From Candidatus Eiseniibacteriota bacterium (lineage in GTDB: Bacteria; Eisenbacteria; RBG-16-71-46; CAVPCR01), in the NCBI GenBank assembly GCA_963702435.1, contig CAVPCR010000002.1:416001-480000 (forward strand): a stretch of DNA of 64,000 nt. The letters run 5' to 3'. Each line of letters opens with the position of its first letter. Positions within the stretch are counted from its first letter, which is position 1. Both the position numbers and the translations under genes were made by a program. The notes beneath the pieces are model-generated. The model was not told the origin of the DNA. It did no database searches and worked only from the letters and a program-made list of their open reading frames with translations. Positions 48,877 to 59,512 of this stretch are shown one piece after another.

Positions 48877-49645
48877 CCTGCCCTCCCCCGCCGGCGCCGT
48901 CACCGGCGCTGCCCGCCGCATCGTCGCCCGCGCTGCCCGCCGCATCGCCGCCCGCGCCGCTGCCGGCCGCGCCGCCCCCCGCGCCGCTGCCGCCGACCCC
49001 GAGATCGGGCATCGCCTCGTCGCGCACGGTGGCGCGGAAGTCGCGCTGGATCTCCAGCTGACCGCCTTCGAGATCGGGATCGGTCTCGAGCCCGTACCCG
49101 GTGAGGAGATCGCGCCCGCGGATCACTCGCACGAACTTGTCGGTGAAGATCTTGTTCCGCTCCGACGAGTACTGGAGCTCCTCGGTGTGGAGCTCCTGAC
49201 CGTCCGCGTTCCGCACGACGACGTTCCCCATCGCGTGCATGTCGTTCGTGCGGCGCTGGATCACGGCTCGATCGGCGCTCAGCACCGAGGCCACCCGCCC
49301 GCTCCCGTCGTAGAAATCGATGTGGATGCCGCGGGCCTCGACATCGTCGCGCGCCTCGAAGATGCGCGCCTCGGTCGCCCGGAAGATCCAGGTGAGCCGC
49401 CCCTCCTCGTCGGTCTCGCGGAGGACGAATTCGGTGATCTCCTGGTTGGGGAGCACCTCGCCGACCGGAGCCGTGCGCGCCGGCGGCGCGGGGCGTTCCT
49501 CGCTGCAGCCGAGCCCGCCCGCGACGAACGCCGCCGCGAGGAGGAGGGCGGCCGCCGGGCTCGTGACGAGGGCCATGCGCGAGTGCGGCGCGGCTCTCGC
49601 CCCGGCCCGCTCCGCCAGCTCAGCGGCATTCGTTCCGCCCATCAT
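48863..49645 (-). CDS. lptC: LPS export periplasmic protein LptC (in frame with upstream acyltransferase)
   Basis: GLGC lipobox-like, [38 protein letters not shown]; adjacent to lptB. Confidence 0.8.
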   Translation of the reverse strand: MMGGTNAAELAERAGARAAPHSRMALVTSPAAALLLAAAFVAGGLGCSEERPAPPARTAPVGEVLPNQEITEFVLRETDEEGRLTWIFRATEARIFEARDDVEARGIHIDFYDGSGRVASVLSADRAVIQRRTNDMHAMGNVVVRNADGQELHTEELQYSSERNKIFTDKFVRVIRGRDLLTGYGLETDPDLEGGQLEIQRDFRATVRDEAMPDLGVGGSGAGGGAAGSGAGGDAAGSAGDDAAGSAGDGAGGGGQDGTP

Positions 49646-50671
49646 GTCGCCCCCCGGCTCCGCGGATCCCGCTTCGGATCCCCGAGCGCCGCTCCTTCCA
49701 TGTCCGTCGCCGAGACGGCCCACTCCGCCGCCACCGGCCGCCGATCCCGCGGCCGGCATCCGCCACGTGGCGTAGGTCCAGGCCCACTGGGTCGGACTCC
49801 GCCAGATGATCGATTCGAGGGCCCGCGCGAGCGTCGCCGTGGCCGCCGGGACCGCTCCCGGTTGCGTCCAGTCCACATCGACCGCCGGGAGGATGGTCAC
49901 ACGCTGGCGCCACCCCTGCCGCTGGATCGCCATCGGCACCAGCGCCGCCCCCGTGCGCCGTGCGATCTCGGCCGCGGCGGTCGTCACGTGCGCCGGGCGC
50001 CCGAAGAAGGGAACGCCCACGCCGGGCCAGCGGCGGCCCTGATCGATGAGCACGCCGAGCACCTCGCCGCGGCGGAGCGCCCGGAATGCGGGCCGCAGGT
50101 CGCTCGTCTCGTGCACCACGGCCACCCCGAGCCGCGACCGGAGCGCCACGATCATCGCTTCGAAGCGCGCGTTCTTGAACGGCCGCGCGATGACCGTCAC
50201 CGGTATCCCGCGCTGCACCAGGTATCCCCCGAGCAGTTCCCAGGCCCCGATGTGCCCGGTCACGCCGATCGCCCCGCGCCCGCGCGCGAGCGCCGATTCG
50301 AGATGCTCCGCCCCTTCCACATCTACCAGGTGAACGAGCTCGCGCGCCGGGCGGCCGAGGAAACGCATGGTGTCCGCCAGATTCCGCGCCGCATCGAGAA
50401 AGAAGCGGCGCGCGAAGCCGCTCCGCTCGGACGCGGCGAGACGCGGCAGGGCCCGCCCGACCTGCTCGGCGACCCGGCGCCGGTCGCGGCCCAACGCCGC
50501 CCAGGCCAGGAGCCCGAACCCGCTGAATACCCCGTGCGCGAGCGGGCGTGGGAGCACGCTCGCCACGCGCGCGAGTCCACGCACCACGGGGTATCCCGTG
50601 GCGTGTCGGAAGGTCCGGCCGAGCTTCGCGGGAGCCTCCTCCGGACCGCGAGGACCTTTCGAGTGTGTCAT
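49646..50671 (-). CDS. Lipid A biosynthesis (lauroyl) acyltransferase, LPLAT family; no stop before lptC
   Basis: TGHIGAWE (HX4E), LIDQ, VPFFGRPA, P.QWAW. Confidence 0.82.
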
Positions 50672-50711
50672 CGGCACGGGGGAGCGTAGCTGAAGGCGGG
50701 GCGGCAATTCA

Positions 50712-50728
50712 AGCAACTAATATGCCAA
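50712..50728 (-). promoter_or_regulatory. sigma54 (-24/-12) promoter
   Basis: TTGGCATATTAGTTGCT, exact GG-N10-GC spacing, AT-rich island in GC-rich DNA, ~40 bp upstream of the acyltransferase start. Confidence 0.7.
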
Positions 50729-50813
50729 CGGATGCTCCCGTCCGAGGCAGCGGTCCTGCGCATCCCGGCGTGTGCGCCGGGGCGGCGGCCGGCGCGACCG
50801 CAACGCCTGTGGG

Positions 50814-51857
50814 TCAGCCGCGGGCCGGACGCAGGCAGTCGTGCAGGTGCAGGACGCCGCGCGGCCGCCCGGCGTCGTCGACGATGACGAGCGAGGTGAT
50901 CGGCCCCGGCTCGTTCTCCTCCATGGCCCGGACCGCATCGGCGATGAGCGCCTCGCCGTCGATCGTGCGCGGTGCCCGCGCCATCAGCTCCCGCACGCGA
51001 AGCGCGAGCGGCTCGCCATGGCGGAGGAGGATGCGCTTCAGATCGCCGTCGGTGAGGACGCCCGTGAGGCGGCCATCGCCGTCGACGACCGTCGTCATCC
51101 CGAGGCGCTTCGACACGATTTCGCCGAGCGCCTCGCGGAGCGTCGCCGTCTCGGCGACCTGCGGCAGGTCCGGTCCCTGGTGCATGACCGCGCGCACCGG
51201 GGTGGTCGCCGAACGCCCGACGAGTCCCGCCGGGTGGAGAAGGGCGAGATCATGGACCGAGACGCCGCGGCGCAGCATGAGCGCCACGGCGAGCGCATCC
51301 CCGACGACCCCGGCCGCCGTGATGGAGGAGGTCGGCGCGAGACCATGCGGGCAGGCTTCGCGCGGCCGCCCGTGGTCGAGGACGATCGTGGCCGCGCGCG
51401 CCAGCGTCGAGGTGGGCTCGCCGGTGAGGAGAAGGAGCGGTGCGCCGATGCGCTCGAGCGCGGGGATGAGACGCGCGAGCTCCTCGGTCTCCCCGCTCTT
51501 CGAAACGAGGAGCACGGCGTCATCGGCCCGGACGATGCCCAGGTCGCCGTGCACGGCGTCGGCGGGATGCAGGAAGGTGGCGGGCGTGCCCGTCGCGGTG
51601 AGCGTGGCGGCGAGCCGCTGGGCGAGCAGTCCCGACTTGCCGGCGCCGGCGACGATCAGGCGACCGCGCAGCACCGCGAGGAGATCGACCGCCCGATCGA
51701 ACTCGACGCCGAAGCGGGCGGCGAGATCGGCCACCGCCGCCGCCTCGAGGCGCGCCACCTCGCGCGCCACGGCGTGGGGTGCGAGGCCGGCCAGCAGTTC
51801 GAGGGAGTAGCTCGGCCCGGCGGACCTGGCGGGGAGCGCGGGATCAGCCTGGTCCAC
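50814..51857 (-). CDS. kdsD: Arabinose-5-phosphate isomerase (KpsF/GutQ; SIS plus CBS)
   Basis: GAGKSG, FLHPADAVHGDLG, SKSGET, EACPHGLAPTSS, LTDGDL. Confidence 0.92.
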   Translation of the reverse strand: MDQADPALPARSAGPSYSLELLAGLAPHAVAREVARLEAAAVADLAARFGVEFDRAVDLLAVLRGRLIVAGAGKSGLLAQRLAATLTATGTPATFLHPADAVHGDLGIVRADDAVLLVSKSGETEELARLIPALERIGAPLLLLTGEPTSTLARAATIVLDHGRPREACPHGLAPTSSITAAGVVGDALAVALMLRRGVSVHDLALLHPAGLVGRSATTPVRAVMHQGPDLPQVAETATLREALGEIVSKRLGMTTVVDGDGRLTGVLTDGDLKRILLRHGEPLALRVRELMARAPRTIDGEALIADAVRAMEENEPGPITSLVIVDDAGRPRGVLHLHDCLRPARG

Positions 51858-52446
51858 GCTGCTTCCTCCGCGCGCCGGCCGCCGCCGCTCGCGCTTGCCG
51901 CTTCCCCGCGCGACCCGCCGCATCCCGCTCCGTGAGCACCCGGTTGAGCCACAGAATGGTCTCGACCGCCTCGCGCACGGCACCCTGGCCCCCCTCGGCC
52001 GCGGTCACCATGTGCGCGAGATGGAGCGCGGCCGGGGCTGCATCGCGCGGTGCGATGGCGAGCCCGACGAGCCGCATGGCATCCAGATCGACGAGGTCGT
52101 CGCCCATGAACGCGGCGGCTGCCGGATCGATGCCGCGCGCGGCACAGGCCGCGCGCACCGCAGCGCCCTTCTCGCGCACGCCCTGCAGGGCCTCGACCGC
52201 GAGCTCCGCGGCACGGCGCCTCACCGCCTCCGAGTCGCGGAAGGTGACGAGCACGATCTTGAGCTTCGCCCGATGGGCGATATAGGCCGCGGCACCGTCG
52301 CGCGCGGCGAAGCGCTTGAGCTCGAGACCCTCGGCGAGGAGGATGCCGCCGTCGGCGAGGACGCCGTCCACATCCAGGAACAGGATCTCGATCGGCCGGG
52401 CGATGAGATCCGGAGCGCGACCGATCGTGGTGCCGTGGGCGCTCAT
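51844..52446 (-). CDS. kdsC: KDO-8-phosphate phosphatase
   Basis: FLDVDGVL.DG, DG, MGDDLVD, GGQGAVRE. Confidence 0.88.
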   Translation of the reverse strand: MSAHGTTIGRAPDLIARPIEILFLDVDGVLADGGILLAEGLELKRFAARDGAAAYIAHRAKLKIVLVTFRDSEAVRRRAAELAVEALQGVREKGAAVRAACAARGIDPAAAAFMGDDLVDLDAMRLVGLAIAPRDAAPAALHLAHMVTAAEGGQGAVREAVETILWLNRVLTERDAAGRAGKRQARAAAAGARRKQRGPG

Positions 52447-53285
52447 CCGACCTGTCCCCCCGCCGGCACCGGCTCCCGGGGCGCGACCGCGGCGTGCACG
52501 CGCGCGAGCGCGCGGAGGAGGCTCTCGACGCTCGCGAGCGGCAGCTGGGTCGCCGCATCGCTCCTGGCGCGCGCCGGCTCGGGATGCGTCTCGAGGAACA
52601 CGACCTCGGCGCCGGCCGCGACGGCGGCGCGGGCGAGCGGCAGCGCGAACTCGGGCCGCCCGCCGGTCACCGCCCCGCCCGGCACCTGCAGGCTGTGCGT
52701 CGCGTCGTAGACCGTGACCACGCCCGGAAAGGCCATGCGCGCAAACGAGCGCATGTCCACCACGAGATCGTGATAGCCGAAGCTCGCGCCGCGCTCGGTG
52801 AGGAGGATCCCCGGGCACCCCCCGCGCGCGAGCTTCTCGACCGCGCCCCGCATGTCCTCGGGCGCGACGAACTGGCCCTTCTTCACGTTCACCGGCTTGC
52901 GGGTGGCGGCCGCGGCGAGGAGCAGCGGTGTCTGGCGACAGAGGAACGCCGGGATCTGGAGGACATCCAGCACCGCCGCCGCCGGCTGCGCCTCCTCGGG
53001 TGCGTGCACGTCGGAGAGCACGGCGAGTCCCGTACGCTCGCGCACGGCGGCGAGGATCGCGAGCCCCGCCTCGAGCCCGGGGCCGCGATAGGAGTCGATC
53101 GAGCTCCGGTTCTCCTTGGCGTAGGACGACTTGAAGACGAGCGGCAGGTCGAGGAGATCGCCGATCCGCCGGAGCTCGGTCGCCACCTCGAGGCAGAGGC
53201 CGCGATCCTCGGCCACGCACGGGCCCGCGATGATGCCGAGGCGCCCGGCGCCGAAGGTCGTGCGGGGATCGATGACGACCGCCAT
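52443..53285 (-). CDS. kdsA: KDO-8-phosphate synthase
   Basis: IAGPC, NRSS, QIPAFLCRQT, NVKKGQF, ERG, DATHS, ETHP..A.SD. Confidence 0.95.
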   Translation of the reverse strand: MAVVIDPRTTFGAGRLGIIAGPCVAEDRGLCLEVATELRRIGDLLDLPLVFKSSYAKENRSSIDSYRGPGLEAGLAILAAVRERTGLAVLSDVHAPEEAQPAAAVLDVLQIPAFLCRQTPLLLAAAATRKPVNVKKGQFVAPEDMRGAVEKLARGGCPGILLTERGASFGYHDLVVDMRSFARMAFPGVVTVYDATHSLQVPGGAVTGGRPEFALPLARAAVAAGAEVVFLETHPEPARARSDAATQLPLASVESLLRALARVHAAVAPREPVPAGGQVG

Positions 53286-53338
53286 GTGGCTCTCCCAGTC
53301 GCCGCCGCCGCGGGCTCGCCGGCGGCCGGCGCGCGCTG

Positions 53339-55051
<1,713 letters not shown>

Positions 55052-55108
55052 TCACCGCCGAGTGCCTGTCGCCGGGTGCTCACCGCCGACCGCCGGCCGG
55101 TGCGGCGC

Positions 55109-55870
55109 TCATCCGCCGCCCGAGGTCCGCAGGAGTGCCTCCGCCCGCTCGAGATCCGCGGGCACGTCGACGCCCTGCGCCGCCCAGTCCACGACTTCGA
55201 CGCGAATCCGAATGCCGTTCTCGAGCGCACGCAACTGCTCGAGCCTCTCCGCGAGCTCGAGCGGAGTCGGCGCCATGCGCGCGAGGGATATGAGAACATC
55301 CCGCCGGTACGCGTAGATCCCGATGTGCCTGAGATGGGCGGGCGGGGTGGACGCCGGGTGCCCCGCCCGCTCCCGGATGTAGGGGATGGGATGGCGGGAA
55401 AAGTAGAGCGCGTTCGATCGGCGATCGGTGACGACCTTGACCGCGTTCGGATCGAGCGCCGCCTCCGCGTCCACTATATGCGCCAGGGTCGCCATGTCAA
55501 CCGTCTTGTCCGCGATGAGCGGCGCCGCGCAGCGATCGATCGCGGCCGGCGGCACGCACGGCTCATCGCCCTGCAGGTTGACGAGGATCTCGGCGGTGTC
55601 GAGCGCGCTCGCCACCTGGGCCACGCGATCGGTTCCGCTCGGGAGGTCCGGAGATGTCATCCTCACCTCGGCGCCCGCGGCGGCGGCGACGGCCGCAATG
55701 CGCTCGTCGTCGGTGGCGACGATGACGCGCGACGGAAGCGCGGCGGCGCGGGCGCACGCGATCGCGTGCGCGATGAGCGGGCGGCCAAGGAGCGGGGCCA
55801 GGAGCTTCCCGGGGAAGCGAGTCGCCGCGTAGCGCGCGGGGATGACGACGGCCACGCGCGGGTCAGACAT
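55109..55870 (-). CDS. kdsB: 3-deoxy-manno-octulosonate cytidylyltransferase
   Basis: IPARY.ATRFPGK, SGTDR, NLQGDEP, YFSR, HIGIYAY, ERLEQLR. Confidence 0.95.
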   Translation of the reverse strand: MSDPRVAVVIPARYAATRFPGKLLAPLLGRPLIAHAIACARAAALPSRVIVATDDERIAAVAAAAGAEVRMTSPDLPSGTDRVAQVASALDTAEILVNLQGDEPCVPPAAIDRCAAPLIADKTVDMATLAHIVDAEAALDPNAVKVVTDRRSNALYFSRHPIPYIRERAGHPASTPPAHLRHIGIYAYRRDVLISLARMAPTPLELAERLEQLRALENGIRIRVEVVDWAAQGVDVPADLERAEALLRTSGGG

Positions 55871-55931
55871 GGCCAAGTCCCGCCGCCCGGCCCGGTCCCG
55901 GGCGCGCGCCGCGGCCCGGTACCCAAATGAG

Positions 55932-55961
55932 GAGGGGACTCCCTTGGCGGGGAGTCCCCTC
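55932..55961 (-). terminator. Perfect 12-bp hairpin downstream of rpmA
   Basis: GAGGGGACTCCC-TTGGCG-GGGAGTCCCCTC; weak U tail (CTCATTT) on minus strand. Confidence 0.5.
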
Positions 55962-56037
55962 GAGTCTCCGATCCGGCGGCGGCGCGGCCGGCGCTCCGCG
56001 CGCCCGTTCGTGCGCGCCCGTCATCAGCGTTCTGTAC

Positions 56038-56316
56038 TCAGCTCCCCGCGTCGGGCAGGCGGCGCTCAGGAAGCACCGACACCTGCTTCTTCGAGTGACC
56101 GCGCTCCTCGAAGTGCACGTAGCCGTCGCGGAGCGCGAACAGAGTATCGTCCCCACCCCTGCCGACGTGCGTGCCGGGATGAATGCGGGTCCCGCGCTGC
56201 CGGACGATGATGGAACCGGCGGTCACGAACTGATTGCCGTAGGCCTTGACCCCCAGGAACTGGGGGTTCGAATCGCGCCCGTTGCGCGAGCTGCCGACAC
56301 CCTTCTTGTGCGCCAT
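56038..56316 (-). CDS. rpmA: 50S ribosomal protein L27
   Basis: [24 protein letters not shown]. Confidence 0.97.
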   Translation of the reverse strand: MAHKKGVGSSRNGRDSNPQFLGVKAYGNQFVTAGSIIVRQRGTRIHPGTHVGRGGDDTLFALRDGYVHFEERGHSKKQVSVLPERRLPDAGS

Positions 56317-56352
56317 GACTTGTACCTGCCTCGAGCCTGCCTGGAACCCTGC

Positions 56353-56664
56353 CTAGACCTGGATGGCCCTGATCTTGAGCTCGGTGAAATCCCGCCGCGC
56401 TCCCCACCGCCGTCTATAGTCTTTGCGCTTCTTGAACTTGATGCCGATGATCTTCGGCCCGCGCAGGTGTCGCACGACCTCGGCCAGGACCCTGGCCCCG
56501 GGCACGAGCGGTGCGCCCACGGTGATCGCCTCGGCCTCGCCGACCAGCATGACTTCCTCGAGGGGGATCTCGTCGCCCACACCGGCAGCGAGTCGCGGCA
56601 CCTGGACGAGGCCGTTCGGCTCGACGCGGAACTGCATCCCCTTGACCCGAACAACGGCAAACAT
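56353..56664 (-). CDS. rplU: 50S ribosomal protein L21
   Basis: MFAVVRVKGMQFRV..KIIGIKFKKRKDYRRRWG; adjacent to rpmA. Confidence 0.95.
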   Translation of the reverse strand: MFAVVRVKGMQFRVEPNGLVQVPRLAAGVGDEIPLEEVMLVGEAEAITVGAPLVPGARVLAEVVRHLRGPKIIGIKFKKRKDYRRRWGARRDFTELKIRAIQV

Positions 56665-56767
56665 CAGAAGAGCCCTTCCACGATTCACGCGGCCCGGAGA
56701 AACCGAGCCGCGTGGTGCTTCCAGAGAAGAAGGCGGAACACCGCGACGGCGAACCTTGAACCGAGAG

Positions 56768-56796
56768 AGGCTAGCGGCCCGCCCCCCCCTTGTCAA
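56768..56796 (-). promoter_or_regulatory. sigma70 promoter for rplU-rpmA
   Basis: TTGACA-N17-TAGCCT on minus strand. Confidence 0.65.
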
Positions 56797-58523
56797 GGCA
56801 GGACGACGAGCCGGGCTGTCTCCCCACGCCGGCCCACGATCCAGTAGACCCCGGGATCTTTCGGCTGCCAGCGGAGTTCGCCCCCGGCCCCCGGATCCAG
56901 CCGGGCGCGGACCCGGCCCCCGGCGGTGATCAGCCGGAGCCCGGAGGCGGCCTCGACGCCGGCGATCGTGACCCAGGATCCGACCCGGGCCGGCAGCGGG
57001 GAGATGCGGAGCCCGTCGATCCGGCTCGCCCCGCTCGCGGCGAGGCCGGTGGTCGGGCGCTGGTTCGCAAAGACGTAGTTCCCGATCGTGTTGTCCCAGT
57101 TCGTCACCGCCAGGTCGAGGTCGTCCGAGACCCAGTAATCGACGGCCAGGGACTGACCCGGCGCGGCCGGGACCGAGATCCAGCCCTGATCGAGATCGTA
57201 GGCGAAGGTGCCCGGCGCGAGGGGCGTGCCGTCGGCGCGCACCTGGACGAGCCGCTGGATCGGCCTCCGGGTCACGTAGAAGAGCCGGCGCGCGCCGTTG
57301 GCCGGGAGGGTGTCGCTGCGCTGGAGGAGCCCGTCCCCATCCACATCGCCCGGCACGATGGCCTCGACGACGCTCGTGGTCTGCGAGATCCAGGCGGCTC
57401 CGGTCGTGAGCGTGCCGCCCAGGTTCTCGAAGACGAGCACCTGCCCCCACCAGCTGCCGGCGGCGAGATCCTCGTCGCCGTCGGCATCGAGATCGGCGAA
57501 GGCGACCGCGGAGCCGTAGACGTTCCCGACGTTCGAGGTCCACGACGGAGCAGAGGACAGGACGCCGTTCTGGTTCAGGAAGACGTAGAAGCGCCCGGTG
57601 CCACCGATCTGCCGGTTGGTGGCCGCCGCGAGATCGAGCCAGCCGTCGCCGTTCATGTCCCCCCAGGCGATCGTGTTGCCGTCCTGGGCGATCGTCGAGG
57701 CCCACACGGAGGTGGGGTTCAGCGTCCCGCCGTCGTTCCGGTAGAGCCGAAGCGGCGCCATCGAGTTGATGGTCGCAAGATCGAGATCGCCGTCGCGATC
57801 CACATCGGCCCACGCCACGTCATAGCTCGACTCGATCTCGGTCGACTGCCATGCGGGAAGGACGGCGAGCGCGCCGCCCTGGTTCAGGTAGAGGTCGTTC
57901 CGGGCCGGGCCGGTGACGTAGGCCTCGCCGTTGGCGAAGGCGAGATCGAGATCGCCGTCGAGGTCCACGTCGCCGAAGGCCAGGCTGAAGGAGTTGTCGA
58001 GATCGCTCGTCTGCCAGGAGGCCACCGCCTCGAACTGGGTGCCCAGGTTCCGGTAGAGGATCGAGCGCTGGCGATCGAACGAGCCATAGTTGCCGACCGC
58101 GAGATCCGGTCGCCCATCGCCGTCCACGTCCCCCACCGCGCAGTGGCCCGAGTAGTAGTTGTCGGAGGAGGTCCACGCCGGTGTGGTCCCGAGGACGCCG
58201 CCCGTGTTCCGGTAGAAGGTCCGCGGCTGCAAGGCCATGTCGTTCCCGTTCGAGACCACGAAGTCGAGGTCCAGGTCGGCGTCGACATCGGCAAGCGCCA
58301 GGCCGGTCGAAACCCGCGACACGTCGGTCGAGGTCCAGACCGGGGTCGTGCCGATCTGGATCGCGAGCGTGGCATCGGGCGCGAGAGGCGGCGCCGGCGG
58401 CGCGGTCCTCCGGATCGTCTCGAGATCGGCGGCGCGTTGCGCCGCGGCGGGGCCGGCGGTCGCGGCGAGAAGAAGGAGCGCGGCGAGAACGAGACGCGGG
58501 CGAATGCCGTGTGCGACGAACAT
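56793..58523 (-). CDS. Secreted FG-GAP/VCBS-repeat beta-propeller protein with T9SS-like C-terminus
   Basis: Signal peptide; seven DxDxDGxxDL repeats; C-terminal ISPLP..LRW..PGVYW..LVVLP. Confidence 0.82.
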   Translation of the reverse strand: MFVAHGIRPRLVLAALLLLAATAGPAAAQRAADLETIRRTAPPAPPLAPDATLAIQIGTTPVWTSTDVSRVSTGLALADVDADLDLDFVVSNGNDMALQPRTFYRNTGGVLGTTPAWTSSDNYYSGHCAVGDVDGDGRPDLAVGNYGSFDRQRSILYRNLGTQFEAVASWQTSDLDNSFSLAFGDVDLDGDLDLAFANGEAYVTGPARNDLYLNQGGALAVLPAWQSTEIESSYDVAWADVDRDGDLDLATINSMAPLRLYRNDGGTLNPTSVWASTIAQDGNTIAWGDMNGDGWLDLAAATNRQIGGTGRFYVFLNQNGVLSSAPSWTSNVGNVYGSAVAFADLDADGDEDLAAGSWWGQVLVFENLGGTLTTGAAWISQTTSVVEAIVPGDVDGDGLLQRSDTLPANGARRLFYVTRRPIQRLVQVRADGTPLAPGTFAYDLDQGWISVPAAPGQSLAVDYWVSDDLDLAVTNWDNTIGNYVFANQRPTTGLAASGASRIDGLRISPLPARVGSWVTIAGVEAASGLRLITAGGRVRARLDPGAGGELRWQPKDPGVYWIVGRRGETARLVVLP

Positions 58524-59093
58524 GGGCTGCCTCCCAGGGACATGACCGCCGAGACTAGGATGCCTTCCGTTGATCGTCTCATGCGCCGGCGGCCCGAGGC
58601 AAGCTGCTGCTCGCGACCGCTGCGGCGCGGCCAGGGCGGTCACCCCCCTCGCCACGGAGCCCGCTCCCAGCCAAGCGCCATCGCCCCACTTCGCGACCGC
58701 GCCCGCCGCGTCAAACGCTGTCGCCCCACCCGGCGACGCGCGCACGCCACGGCGCAGATCCGAGCCCGGGCTCGCCATGCCCCCGCGTCAGATACAGTCG
58801 CGCCCTTCCCCGCCGCGACCGCGCCTTCCACGCCCGAACATGTGCAGGCATCCCGGAACTCATCCGCCTTACGAGCTCCATACCGCTACGAGCTCTCCCG
58901 GCCACACCGTGGCCCGCACAGACGCATCGCATGAACCGTGCCGCTGTACCGGGGGAGATGCGCAAGAGGTGATTCGTGAGCGTCCTCAAGGCACGAGCCT
59001 TCCACCCACTCCGCCGGAGTGCGCACGACGTTGTCACTTTTGCCAACTTCGTTGCCGGGGAGGATGCGCCGCGCCCCTGCGACCGCCGCCCCG

Positions 59094-59510
59094 CTACGAG
59101 CGCCGCCGGCCGCGCCAGGCATCGAGCGCGAGCCGCCCGCCGCCGGCGATCAGGAAGAAGAAGGCGACCGCCGCGTAGAGTAAGGCCATCTCCTTGTCGG
59201 CGAAGGGATCGGCGGCATGCCGGCGGAAGGCGGCCACCAGCATGGTCATCAAGACCATGAGCGCCGCCGGGCGCGTGAAGAGCCCCGCGGCGAGCAGCAG
59301 ACCCCCGGCGAACTCGGAGAGGCCGGCCGCCCACGCGAAGAGGAGCGGCACCGGAAAGCCGAGCTCCCCGACTCCGTTCACGAACCGCTCGCTCGGCGGG
59401 ATCTTGCTCATGCCGTGTGCGAGCGCCATGGCAAGCCCAGTGAACATCCGCAAGACGAGGAACGCCAGGTCGGACGCGCCCGGCTCGCCGCTCGATCGAC
59501 CGTTCGCCAT
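59094..59510 (-). CDS. DoxX family membrane protein
   Basis: LRMFTGL..HG.SK, EFAGGLLLAAGLFTRPAA, GGGRLALD. Confidence 0.88.
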   Translation of the reverse strand: MANGRSSGEPGASDLAFLVLRMFTGLAMALAHGMSKIPPSERFVNGVGELGFPVPLLFAWAAGLSEFAGGLLLAAGLFTRPAALMVLMTMLVAAFRRHAADPFADKEMALLYAAVAFFFLIAGGGRLALDAWRGRRRS

Positions 59511-59512
59511 GT

